Assembly: GCA_036268995.1 (NCBI GenBank)
Contig: DATATB010000137.1
Location: forward strand, 55,164 to 119,163
Reading direction: 5' to 3'
Length of the DNA stretch: 64,000 nt
Source of the DNA: Pirellulales bacterium
Lineage (GTDB): Bacteria > Planctomycetota > Planctomycetia > Pirellulales > PNKZ01
The first letter of the stretch is position 1. Each line of letters starts with the position of its first letter. The position numbers were made by a program, and so were the translations under genes. A model generated the notes under the pieces. That model did not search any database. It was not told where the DNA came from and was given only the letters and a program-made list of their open reading frames with translations. Shown here piece after piece: positions 41,203 to 53,859 of this stretch.

Positions 41203-41381
41203 CAGCGCTTCAGCGGTTGGTAGCGCCCGACGGCAACGGGCGGTTGGCGCAAAGCTTGACTTGTGTGCCGCGACCAATAAAGATCGAACAAGGTGCGATC
41301 TTTCGCTTGCCGGGGACTTTAGGGGCATGCCCAGCGATGGGCAAAATCCCGGGCTTCGCGGTCGCCGCTGCTGGAGAACGC

Positions 41382-42395
41382 ATGGACTCACGGCTGACCA
41401 CGCGCGTGCTCGAGTCGCCGGCAGACGAAGCCCAGTGGCGAGAGCCTTCCGCGGCCTCACTCCAGAATTCCTCCGGGCAACTCTCTTATTTTCTGGTCGC
41501 GTTGACCACGGTGGTCGTACCGATCCTCGGGCTGTTTGCCGCCGGAATCTCCTTCTGGCACCAAGGCATCAGCGCGGTCGATCTCTCGCTGGCGATCGTC
41601 ATGTATCTCGTGACCGTGCTCGGCGTCGAGCTGGGGTTTCATCGCTATCTCACACACCGATCGCTGAAAACCACGCCCGCGCTGCGTGCCCTGATGACCG
41701 TCTGTGGCTGCATGGCAGCGCATGGGCCGCCGATCTGGTGGGTAGCCATTCATCGCCGTCATCACAACTACAGCGACCACGACGGCGACCCTCATTCTCC
41801 CAACCTGCATGGCGAGACGCTGTGGCAGCAGCTCAAGGGCGGCTGGCACTCGCATGTGGCCTGGATGTTTCGCCCACGATACACGGCAGCCCACGCGGCC
41901 CACTTCGCCAAAGACCTGCTGGGCGATCGCACGCTCGTCGCGATCGATCGCTGGTACGCGTTCTGGGTCGTACTGGGCCTCGCCATTCCCGCTGGCCTGG
42001 GCGGATGGATCGGCGGAACCTGGGCGGCAGCCTGGACTGCCTTGCTCTGGGGCGGTCTGATGCGCATGTTTGTCGGGCAGCACGCGCTGTGGTGGGGCAT
42101 TGTCACCGTGTGCCATCGCTACGGCACCCGACCTTTCCAGAGCAACGACGATAGCAAGAACAACGTGCTGATCGCCGTGCTGTTTCTGGGCGACGGTTGG
42201 CACAACAACCATCATGCGTTTCCCAGTTCAGCACGCGTCGGATTGCGCTGGTGGGAGGCGGACTTCACCTGGTGGGTGATCCGCGGCCTGGAGCGCTGCG
42301 GCCTGGTGTGGGATGTGAAAGTTCCCTCGAGCAAGGCCATCGGCGAGAAGCTCGTCGGCGTTACACCACTGTCAGGTGTAAATACGCAAATGTAA
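41382..42395 (+). CDS. Acyl-CoA/acyl-lipid desaturase (membrane, Delta9-type family), paralog 1
   Basis: His boxes HRYLTH, HRRHHNYSDHDGDPHSP, HNNHHAF; ATG at 41382 with GGAG SD (alternative ATG at 41337); 3' end overlaps convergent KASIII gene by 35 nt. Confidence 0.85.
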   Translation: MDSRLTTRVLESPADEAQWREPSAASLQNSSGQLSYFLVALTTVVVPILGLFAAGISFWHQGISAVDLSLAIVMYLVTVLGVELGFHRYLTHRSLKTTPALRALMTVCGCMAAHGPPIWWVAIHRRHHNYSDHDGDPHSPNLHGETLWQQLKGGWHSHVAWMFRPRYTAAHAAHFAKDLLGDRTLVAIDRWYAFWVVLGLAIPAGLGGWIGGTWAAAWTALLWGGLMRMFVGQHALWWGIVTVCHRYGTRPFQSNDDSKNNVLIAVLFLGDGWHNNHHAFPSSARVGLRWWEADFTWWVIRGLERCGLVWDVKVPSSKAIGEKLVGVTPLSGVNTQM

Positions 42396-43497
42396 ACCGG
42401 GCGCTTTCCGGCACGACGCACATGATGCGTTGCCCGCGCTCGAGCCGGCCGGAAGTCAGCAATTCTTCGAGCATGATGAAGATCGAAGCCGCGCCGGTAT
42501 TCCCTTTGCGAGACAGGTTGGTAAACCACCGCTCGTCGGGAATGGCAAAGTCGCAGGCGGCCAGCATCTCCGCAATCGGCCGGCGAAACACTTCGCTCGA
42601 CAAATGCGGCAGCAGCCAATCCACCTGGTCCGCGTGCATGGCCCGGCGCTCGCGGATTTCGAGAAGCGATCGGCGGAATGCGACGGGGACGATGTTTTTC
42701 TCGAGCAGCCGGGTGTCCTGCGACAAGTTGAGATAGCCCTGCTCCAGCAATTCGGTGAGCTGCGTTTCGGCGCGCCAGCCGCGGAGCGAACCGTCGGTTT
42801 GCTTCACGGCTCCCGAATACATGCACGTTTCCAGTTCACCGGCAAAGGAAAGAATATCCAACCAATCGATCCTCAGGCTGGGGCCGCCGCTGCGCGGCTG
42901 ATCGGCCAGCAGCATGGCTCCCGCTCCGTCGGAAAGCATCCAGCGCAGGAACTCGTGCTCGAAGGCCAGAAACGGGTTCTCATCGACACGCGCCTCGATT
43001 TGCGACTGGAAGTGGCTGGCCCGCAGCGCGGTCGAAGCCAGCTCCGAACCCGTCACCACCGCTCGAGTCGTCGCGCCGTTGAGGATGCTGAGATAGGCAT
43101 ACTTCAAGGCCGTCATGCCCGAACAACAAACGCCGGCCGTGGAAACGATCTCGCATGGCGGCCAGCGCAGCAGCCCCTGCACCATGGCCGCATGATTGGG
43201 AATCCACTGATCCGGCGAGGAGGTACCGCAGCTCAGCAGTTGCACGGGCGCCGTGTTCGGATCGGCGGCCATCGCCTGCCGGATGGCTGCGACCGTCAGC
43301 TCGGCGTTGGTGTGCGTTTGCTCGCCGGTGTGCCGATCGATGGCGTAGTGACGCGACTGGATGCCGTTGCGCATCAGGACCACGTCTTTTAGCCGCGAAG
43401 GCCTGCCGCCGACCACGCCCAACACCGACTCGATTTCGTCGTTGCCGACGGGCGCGTTGGGCAGGCAGCATCCCAGCCCGGTGATGTATGCGGGCAT
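42361..43497 (-). CDS. FabH-like beta-ketoacyl-ACP synthase III family condensing enzyme
   Basis: 378 aa; thiolase-fold with Cys (AGVCCSGMTA), His and Asn (RKGNTGAASIFIMLEE) triad regions; ATG immediately follows PKS stop (TAGATG). Confidence 0.8.
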   Translation of the reverse strand: MPAYITGLGCCLPNAPVGNDEIESVLGVVGGRPSRLKDVVLMRNGIQSRHYAIDRHTGEQTHTNAELTVAAIRQAMAADPNTAPVQLLSCGTSSPDQWIPNHAAMVQGLLRWPPCEIVSTAGVCCSGMTALKYAYLSILNGATTRAVVTGSELASTALRASHFQSQIEARVDENPFLAFEHEFLRWMLSDGAGAMLLADQPRSGGPSLRIDWLDILSFAGELETCMYSGAVKQTDGSLRGWRAETQLTELLEQGYLNLSQDTRLLEKNIVPVAFRRSLLEIRERRAMHADQVDWLLPHLSSEVFRRPIAEMLAACDFAIPDERWFTNLSRKGNTGAASIFIMLEELLTSGRLERGQRIMCVVPESARFTFAYLHLTVV

Positions 43498-46653
<3,156 letters not shown>

Positions 46654-46657
46654 GTGC

Positions 46658-49600
46658 TTATCCACCGGCCCCTTGTGTTTGCGCGCCGCCCCCCGCGCGG
46701 CGCAGCGTCGCCAATTCACCGGCCAGCAGCCCGGCAATTTCGTCGTCGGTCATCCTTTCCAGGTCGGAATCGGCGGCCTCGTCCGGACCAGTCGAACCGC
46801 GCGCGTCGCCATTGGCAGAATGCTCGGCGGTTCGCTGCGTGAGATGCTCGGCGAGCGCTTCGAGCGTCGGGTAATCGAATAGCAGGGTCGTGGGCAGGGG
46901 AGCGGCAATCGCCACCTCCAGCGCATTACGCATTTCCACGGCCATCAGCGAGTCGAGTCCCAGCTCGCGCAGCGGTTGTCGCGGATCGATCGCACGCGGG
47001 TCGGCTAGCCCCAACGCGTGGGCAGCCATTTCGCTCAAATGTGTGATCGCGACCGCGCCGCGTTGGGATTGCGGCGCGGCTTCCATTCGCTGCCGAAGAT
47101 CACCGGCCGCGCGCTGGGCAAGGCTCGCCGTGCGGGGCGTCGAGGCAACGGCGGCCAACAGCGGCGCGGCCGCGTGGGGCAATCGCTCGAGAAACTTTGG
47201 CCAGTCCACCGGCAAGACCGCGACCTGCGGCTCCTGCTGACCGAGCAGACGTTCCAGCGCTTGCAAGCCAGCCTCCGGTGCGATCGGCTGCAAGCCGGCC
47301 AGGTTCCGGCTGGCGTGGGCCGCGGCCATGCCCACTTCGCTCCAGGGCCCCCAATTGATGCTCAGGCCCGGCAGCCCTTGCCGTTGGCGCTCGTGGATGA
47401 GGGCATCTTGAAACGCGTTGGCGGCGCTATAGTTGATCTGGCCAGGCGATCCGATGAGCGCCGCAATCGATGAAAAGCAGACGAAGAAATCCAGCGGCAA
47501 CGCACGCGTGGCGGCATGCAGGTTCCAGGTTCCCGCCACCTTCGGGCGCAACACGTGCTCGAAGCGTTGCGACGACTGCTGCGCGATCGTGGCGTCGTCC
47601 AGAACGCCCGCGGCGTGCATCACCCCGGCCAGCGGCGGGAGCTTCGAGAGCGTGCCGCGAAACACGCGATCGACGTCGCCCGGCTCAGCCACGTCGGCCT
47701 GGACGGTGACGACTTGGGCGCCGGCCTTTCGCAGGCGGAGAAGCAATTCAGTAGTGGCGGGCGTCGGCGGGCTTCGTCCCAGCAGGACGAGGTGGCGGGC
47801 CCCGCGCTCGATCATCCACTCCGCGAGCTTCAACCCCAGCCCTCCCAATCCGCCCGTGACGAGGTAACTAGCGTCGTCGCGGAACAGCGGCTCGGCTCTG
47901 ACCGCGACGGGCTGTGTCAGCACAACCTTGCCGATATGGCGTGCCTGAGCCATCCAACGGAACGCGCTGGGTGCCTGCTGGATCGAAAACGCCTGGCAAG
48001 GCAACGGAGACAGCGAGCCGGCATCGAATTCGGCCATCAGCATGGCGAGTGTGGCGTGAATCAACTCGGGCTGCCGGTGGCTAAGCTCGACCAGGTCGAG
48101 CACGAAATACTCCACGCCGGGATTCAGGGCTTTGGCTTGCGCCGCGTTCCAGATGCCGGTTTTGCCGATCTCGATAAATCGGCCGCCGAGCCGCAGCAGC
48201 TCCAAGCTGCGTGGAATGAACTCGCCGGCCAGCGAATTAAGGACGATGTCCAGGCCTTGGCCGTGGGCGCGCCGAACATCATTGGCAAAGTCGAGCGTCC
48301 GCGAATTCATCACGTGCGGAACGCGGCAAGCCGAAAGTAGCTCGCGCTTCAGGACGCTGCCGGCCGTGGCGAACACGACGGCCGCCGCTCGCTGAGCGAG
48401 CTGCACCGCGGCTAGACCGACTCCACCGGTGGCCGCATGGATCAGCACACGATCTCCAGCGGCCATGCGTCCATGCTGGTTTAGCGCCAGCCAGGCCGTG
48501 AGAAAGGCAATCGGAGCCGCCGCCGCTTCCGCGAACGTGAGACTTCGGGGCTTCGTAGCGACGAACAAGGCGGGCACGGTCACGAAGGTGGCGAAGCTGC
48601 CTTGGGCAATGGCCACCACCTCAGTGCCGGGCTGCAAGCCTTCGACGCCGCTTCCCACGCTGACGACGACACCGCTGCACTCGCCGCCCAGGGGCCCAGC
48701 ATCGCCCGGGTACATGCCCAGGGCATTGAGCACGTCGCGAAAATTAAGCCCTGTGGCTCGCACTTCGATTTCGACTTCGCCCGGTCCGGGAGGCCGCCGC
48801 TCGACGGGTCGCAACACGAGATGATCAAGCACACCTCGCCCAGCCGTGTCGAGCTGGCACGCCGCGGCCGCGGGAAGCTCGAGCCGCCTCGACGTTTCCG
48901 CCGGCTCGTCTGCCAAACGAACCAGTCGAGCGGCATACCGCTGACCGGCGCGATAAGCCAGTTGGTTCTCGGCCCCGCCGGCGTCCATCTCGGCGAGCAG
49001 CGCCGCCGCGAGTTCGTCGGGCGTGCCGGCAGGATCGAGGTCAAGATGCCGGCAATTCAGTTTCGGAGCCTCGAGCGCAAGGGTTCGCGCCATGCCGGCC
49101 AGCGGCGCTTGCCCGAGCGATTGCGGCACAGCCTGTGGTCCCACAGCGGCAACTCCGCCGGTCACCAGCCAGAGATTCGGCACGTCGGCGGTTGCTCGCT
49201 CCAGGGATTGCACCAGATGCAGCAAGCCGGCGCACGAAGCTTGGACCGATGCGGACAATTCCGAGCCAGCTTGTGCGAAAATCGATTCACGATCGGGGCT
49301 CGCCAGGTAGACGACATTTCGCGGGTGCGAGCCAGCCTGATCGACGTCTTTCAGCACGCGTTGCCAATTTTGCGCATTCGCGAAGATGCACGTTTCGTGG
49401 CGAGCGGCGATTTGTTCACACAGCGTGGCGGCCCAGGGACTGCCATCGGAAATGATGATGCGCGGTCCGATTTGGCGTTTGGCCGGGCCGGCTGGCGCAG
49501 GAGGCTGCGGTTGCCACTGGACTTTGTATAGCCACTGCGCGATTGGGTCGCTGGGCGCGGCTTGGGCAGCGAGTCCTGCCGTCCGGATCAAGTTCAGCCC

Positions 49601-52600
49601 GACAATCTCGGCTACTAAATTCTCGTCGCCATCGAAGATCCGCAGGTCCACGGTTCGCGTGTCCTGGTTGCCCGCGACGGTCGGGCGAACCGCCGCATGG
49701 CTGACAAGCGTCCCGTCTGGCTGGCGGAAAACAGTGGCACGATCGATGCTGTGCGGCAGCCAGGCCTGCTGGTCATTGGTCAGTCCACCCTCGGCAGACA
49801 GGGCGGCCGCCGCGACGTGCAAGCACGCATCGAGAATGGCGGGATGAAAACGATAGCGGTCGCCGTGATTCGTATCCGGCGGCAGAAGTTCGATTGAGCC
49901 TACCGCCTCGGCACTGCCACACCACAAGCGTGTTACGCGACGAAAGGCGGGGCCATAGTCCAGGCCCCGCGCTTGGAGCGCTGCGTATTGGCTGGCGACG
50001 TCGATTTCGTCGCGGCAGCGAGCCGCCTCGGCCGAGCAGCTTGCCGGTTCCGCACGCTGCGTGGAAGTTCCGCCGCGAACCAAATGGCCCTGGCAATGCT
50101 GATGCCAAGACTCGGTGCCGGCATTTTGCTCCAAGCTGGCAATCCGAAACGCGCCATCCGGAAGCACGACGAGCTGGACGACTGCCGGCTGCGAGTCGCG
50201 TAGTTTCATCGGTTCCAGAAATACGACGCGCTCGACAGCGTGTTCGCCGGGCCCGAAATGCGCGTCGGCCGCCGCGCGAGCCATTTCCAACCAGGCCGTG
50301 CCCGGCACAATCGGTGTGCCAAAGATGACGTGCTCCCACAGCCAAGGAGTTTCCGCTCGAGTAAAACGGGATTCGAACAAGGGCAAGGCGGACCGCGCTC
50401 GAGTTCCCAGCAATGGATGGAGAGCGGGACCAGCCGCCGGAAGTTCGATGGCAGCGCTCGCCCCGTCTCGACGTTCCGCGGGCTCGACCCAGTAGCGCTG
50501 GCGTTGAAATGGATAGGCCGGCAGCTTGAGGCGCCGTGACGTGGGGCCGGGAAAAACGTTGGCCCAGCGGACGTTCACGCCGCGGGTGTACAAAGCGCCC
50601 AGGCTTTCGGTCATCTGCTGTTCGACATCGCGCCCTTGCCGCAAAGAGGGCAGCCAGACAAGCGAGTCGCCTGCCACCGACCGCCGACCTAATCCCAACA
50701 AAGTTGTCCCCGGCCCGATCTCTAAAAAAGTTTCGCAGCCCAACTCCGCGAGGCTGCGCATGCCCGCGGCGAACTGCACGCTCTCGCGTGTATGCCGGCA
50801 AAGGTACGACGCGTCGAGCGTCTCGCCACGATCCAACGGCTGGCCCGTGATGTTTGCAATCAGGGTCACGCGCGGCGGCGAGAACCTGATGCGCTGCACT
50901 GTCTGCGCGTACTCATCCAGCATCGCGTCCACCAGCGGAGAGTGAAACGCATGCGAAACGTTCAAGCGTTGAGTCGCGATTCCCTGCGAGGCGAAGGTTG
51001 ACAGCACCTCTTCAAAATGCGGATTAGCACCGGAAATGACGACGTTTTCGGGACCATTCAAAGCCGCGATCGACAGGCTGTTCGCAAAGGGCGCTAACAC
51101 CGCCGCGACACGCGCTGCATCAGTAAAGACCGCGGCCATGCCCCCGGTTCGCGGTAATTGCGACATCAGCCGCCCTCGCAGCGCCACCAGCGCGAGCCCA
51201 TCTTCCAGGCTCAACATGCCGGCCCGGCAAGCCGCCACGTATTCACCCAGACTGTGACCGAGTAGGGCCACGGGCTGAACGCCCCACGACTCCCACAATT
51301 CGGCCAGCGCGTACTCTAGCGCAAAAAGCGCGGGCTGGGCATACGCGGTATCGTCCAGCGGCGACGTGTCGCCCGCCTCGGGATACAGCACCGAAAGGAG
51401 TGGCTGGGCCAGTTGCGGATTAAGGATTTCGGACGACCGCTCGAGCGACTTTCGAAAGACCGGCTCGCAATCGTATAAGCGGCGGCCCATGCCGACGTAC
51501 TGTGCTCCTTGGCCAGTAAACAGCATAGCAATTTTCGGCCGACGATTGGACGCCGCCCTGCCGGACGCCACCCGCGAGTTGGGCTTGCCCGCGGCAAATG
51601 CCTCGAGCGCTTCGCAAGCGCCCGCCGCATCACCGGCCGTGATGCTAAGGCGATAGTCATGATGGCTGCGATGATGTGCCGCCCCTCGACAGATGGCGGG
51701 CCAACTGCCCGGAGCCTCCGCAATCTGCCGGCCATACGCCATCGCTAGCTCTTTGAGCGCCGCGGGATGGCGAGCCGCGATCGGCAGCAACTGCCAGGCA
51801 CGCGGCTCCTCGGGCAGCGAAGGTTTCTGCGACTCGGCAACGGGCGGGCCCTCGAGCACCAGATGCGCATTGGTGCCGCCGAAACCAAACGAGCTCACGC
51901 CCGCCAACATTGGCGTTGAGCCCTTGGGCCAAGGCTCGAGGGCCGTCTGCACCTTGAGTGGCAACCGATCAAATGCGATATGCGGATTCGGCGTCTTGAA
52001 ATGCAGCTGCGGCAACATCCATCCATGACGCATGGAGAGGGCCACTTTGATAACGCTGGCAACTCCGGCCGCGGCTTCCAGGTGGCCGATATTCGTCTTC
52101 AGCGAACCGATGGAGCAGCGGTTTCCGGCGGGCCGGCCCGTGGCCAGGACTGTTCCCAGGGCGTGGGCCTCGATCGGATCGCCCAAAAAGGTGCCGGTGC
52201 CGTGGGCTTCGACATACTGCACCTGCCCCGGCGACACGCCCGCGTTGGCATATGCGGTTCGCAATACGGCTTCCTGGGCGCGACCGCTGGGCGCGGTGAG
52301 CCCATTGCTGCGACCGTCCTGGTTGACCGCTTCGCCACGGATCAGGGCATAGATATCGTCGCCGTCGGCCTGCGCTTGGGACAGCAGCTTGAGCACCAGT
52401 AGCCCCGCCCCTTCGCCGCGGACATATCCGTTGGCGGCCGCATCGAACGTGTGGCACCGCCCGTCGGGCGACATGGCCGAGAGCTTGCTGAAGCCGATCG
52501 TTGTGGCGGGCTCGAGCATCAGGCTCACGCCGCCGGAGAGCGCGACCGTCGACGCGCCGCTCCGCAAGCTCGCGCAGGCCAGTTGAATGGCCACGAGCGA

Positions 52601-53122
52601 CGATGAGCAGGCCGTATCGACCGACATGCTCGGCCCGCGAAAGTCGAACGCATAGGAAATGCGATTCGACATGATGCACGGAAAGTAGCCCGTGTTCGTG
52701 TATCCGTCGATCAGGTTCGGATCCTTGATTTGCGCGAAGCTATATTCGAGCACTCCGAACCCGATAAACACGCCGGTCGCCGTGCTGGCCAGTGATTGGG
52801 GCACGATGCCCGCGTCTTCCAGCGCCTCCCAACTGAGTTCCAGCAGCAGTCTCTGCTGCGGATCCATGCGCAGCACTTCGCGCGGCGCGATACTGAAGAA
52901 CGCGGCGTCGAAACCATCGACCGGACCCAGGAAGCCGCCCCAGCGGGTCAGCATTTTGCCTGGGGCCTTTGGATCGGCATCGAAATACTGGTCGTGATTC
53001 CAGCGCTCGGCCGGAATTTCGCGAACCATGTCGGTGCCGTCGCGAAGCAGTCGCCAAAATTCAGTTGGATTGTCGGCGCCGGGAAAGCGGCAACTCATCC
53101 CGACAATCGCGATGGGTTCCAT
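46658..53122 (-). CDS. Type I polyketide synthase, fully reducing module KS-AT-DH-ER-KR-ACP (malonyl-specific AT)
   Basis: KS (DTACSSSLVA/HGTGT/NIGHLEAAAG), AT (GHSLGE...HAFHSP), DH (HPLLGTRA...P), ER (LIHAATGGVGLAAVQLA), KR (YLVTGGLGGLGL...YSAANAF), ACP (LGLDSLMAVEM); true start is ATG at 53122 (MEPIAIVGMS), not the 53653 ORF start. Confidence 0.9.
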   Translation of the reverse strand: MEPIAIVGMSCRFPGADNPTEFWRLLRDGTDMVREIPAERWNHDQYFDADPKAPGKMLTRWGGFLGPVDGFDAAFFSIAPREVLRMDPQQRLLLELSWEALEDAGIVPQSLASTATGVFIGFGVLEYSFAQIKDPNLIDGYTNTGYFPCIMSNRISYAFDFRGPSMSVDTACSSSLVAIQLACASLRSGASTVALSGGVSLMLEPATTIGFSKLSAMSPDGRCHTFDAAANGYVRGEGAGLLVLKLLSQAQADGDDIYALIRGEAVNQDGRSNGLTAPSGRAQEAVLRTAYANAGVSPGQVQYVEAHGTGTFLGDPIEAHALGTVLATGRPAGNRCSIGSLKTNIGHLEAAAGVASVIKVALSMRHGWMLPQLHFKTPNPHIAFDRLPLKVQTALEPWPKGSTPMLAGVSSFGFGGTNAHLVLEGPPVAESQKPSLPEEPRAWQLLPIAARHPAALKELAMAYGRQIAEAPGSWPAICRGAAHHRSHHDYRLSITAGDAAGACEALEAFAAGKPNSRVASGRAASNRRPKIAMLFTGQGAQYVGMGRRLYDCEPVFRKSLERSSEILNPQLAQPLLSVLYPEAGDTSPLDDTAYAQPALFALEYALAELWESWGVQPVALLGHSLGEYVAACRAGMLSLEDGLALVALRGRLMSQLPRTGGMAAVFTDAARVAAVLAPFANSLSIAALNGPENVVISGANPHFEEVLSTFASQGIATQRLNVSHAFHSPLVDAMLDEYAQTVQRIRFSPPRVTLIANITGQPLDRGETLDASYLCRHTRESVQFAAGMRSLAELGCETFLEIGPGTTLLGLGRRSVAGDSLVWLPSLRQGRDVEQQMTESLGALYTRGVNVRWANVFPGPTSRRLKLPAYPFQRQRYWVEPAERRDGASAAIELPAAGPALHPLLGTRARSALPLFESRFTRAETPWLWEHVIFGTPIVPGTAWLEMARAAADAHFGPGEHAVERVVFLEPMKLRDSQPAVVQLVVLPDGAFRIASLEQNAGTESWHQHCQGHLVRGGTSTQRAEPASCSAEAARCRDEIDVASQYAALQARGLDYGPAFRRVTRLWCGSAEAVGSIELLPPDTNHGDRYRFHPAILDACLHVAAAALSAEGGLTNDQQAWLPHSIDRATVFRQPDGTLVSHAAVRPTVAGNQDTRTVDLRIFDGDENLVAEIVGLNLIRTAGLAAQAAPSDPIAQWLYKVQWQPQPPAPAGPAKRQIGPRIIISDGSPWAATLCEQIAARHETCIFANAQNWQRVLKDVDQAGSHPRNVVYLASPDRESIFAQAGSELSASVQASCAGLLHLVQSLERATADVPNLWLVTGGVAAVGPQAVPQSLGQAPLAGMARTLALEAPKLNCRHLDLDPAGTPDELAAALLAEMDAGGAENQLAYRAGQRYAARLVRLADEPAETSRRLELPAAAACQLDTAGRGVLDHLVLRPVERRPPGPGEVEIEVRATGLNFRDVLNALGMYPGDAGPLGGECSGVVVSVGSGVEGLQPGTEVVAIAQGSFATFVTVPALFVATKPRSLTFAEAAAAPIAFLTAWLALNQHGRMAAGDRVLIHAATGGVGLAAVQLAQRAAAVVFATAGSVLKRELLSACRVPHVMNSRTLDFANDVRRAHGQGLDIVLNSLAGEFIPRSLELLRLGGRFIEIGKTGIWNAAQAKALNPGVEYFVLDLVELSHRQPELIHATLAMLMAEFDAGSLSPLPCQAFSIQQAPSAFRWMAQARHIGKVVLTQPVAVRAEPLFRDDASYLVTGGLGGLGLKLAEWMIERGARHLVLLGRSPPTPATTELLLRLRKAGAQVVTVQADVAEPGDVDRVFRGTLSKLPPLAGVMHAAGVLDDATIAQQSSQRFEHVLRPKVAGTWNLHAATRALPLDFFVCFSSIAALIGSPGQINYSAANAFQDALIHERQRQGLPGLSINWGPWSEVGMAAAHASRNLAGLQPIAPEAGLQALERLLGQQEPQVAVLPVDWPKFLERLPHAAAPLLAAVASTPRTASLAQRAAGDLRQRMEAAPQSQRGAVAITHLSEMAAHALGLADPRAIDPRQPLRELGLDSLMAVEMRNALEVAIAAPLPTTLLFDYPTLEALAEHLTQRTAEHSANGDARGSTGPDEAADSDLERMTDDEIAGLLAGELATLRRAGGGAQTQGAGG

Positions 53123-53123
53123 C

Positions 53124-53519
53124 TCAACCCTCGTCTGATACTTCCGCGTCGCTACCGAGTCCTGCACCTGGATCTGTTTGCTCGCCCAGGGCAAGAAAGC
53201 GGGCGAGATCCGCAATCGTTGGATAATCCCAGGCCAGCGTGGGCGAAAGACGCCGGCCCAGCAAGCGCTCCAGTTCGCCCGACAGCTTGATGGCCGCGAG
53301 ACTGTCCAAGCCATAGCTCGCAAACGGCGTGTGGATATCGATGTCGGCCTCGGGCGTGCCAAGCACCGCTGCCAGGCGGGCCGCGAGCCAATCCTCCAGC
53401 GTTTCGGCGCAGAGCGGCTTATCCGCCGGCCACGCAGGTGGCTTTCTCTGCGGCAGCAACCGTAACAAGCTGCGCAGGATCGAACCCGATTCGATATCTT
53501 GCGATCGATCGATAGACAC
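53124..53519 (-). CDS. Discrete acyl carrier protein (PP-binding)
   Basis: 131 aa in a different frame from the PKS; phosphopantetheine site FASYGLDSLAAIKL; ends TGA, 1 nt before the PKS ATG; start codon GTG (uncertain). Confidence 0.7.
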   Translation of the reverse strand: MSIDRSQDIESGSILRSLLRLLPQRKPPAWPADKPLCAETLEDWLAARLAAVLGTPEADIDIHTPFASYGLDSLAAIKLSGELERLLGRRLSPTLAWDYPTIADLARFLALGEQTDPGAGLGSDAEVSDEG

Positions 53520-53859
53520 GGTCGACGGTCTCCCAATGAAGCCGCCGAAGAGGGACCGGCTTCGTCACTTCTCAGGTTGCCGCGGCGCGCGGTCAAACCC
53601 GACGTGAACGATGCGATCGCGTCCGGCCCGGACGGGTCCTCGCTCAGCACCACTCACGGCCACTGCGCAGGAGTCCGGTCCATCGCCAGCGGTGGCGAAC
53701 CGGAAGTTCGTCGAAAGTGCCCCAATTCAGCTGAAATCAAACCAACACCTTGGCTGAGATCGTAACATATTGTCTCTTGCTTCGCTAAAGTAATCAACTA
53801 GGCTGTTGAATGTTCCATGGCATGAGTCTTATTGGGCAGTTCACTAGACTTTGCCGACG
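53520..53859. promoter_or_regulatory. Divergent intergenic region between ACP-PKS operon (-) and FAAL-desaturase operon (+); presumed bidirectional promoter
   Basis: 340-nt noncoding gap flanked by divergently oriented first genes of two translationally coupled operons. Confidence 0.4.

Noticed and set aside
53123-53653. N-terminal 177 aa of the listed 2331-aa PKS ORF
   Set aside because: It is Arg-rich and low-complexity, and it overlaps a bona fide ACP gene in another frame. The conserved KS N-terminus begins at ATG 53122.
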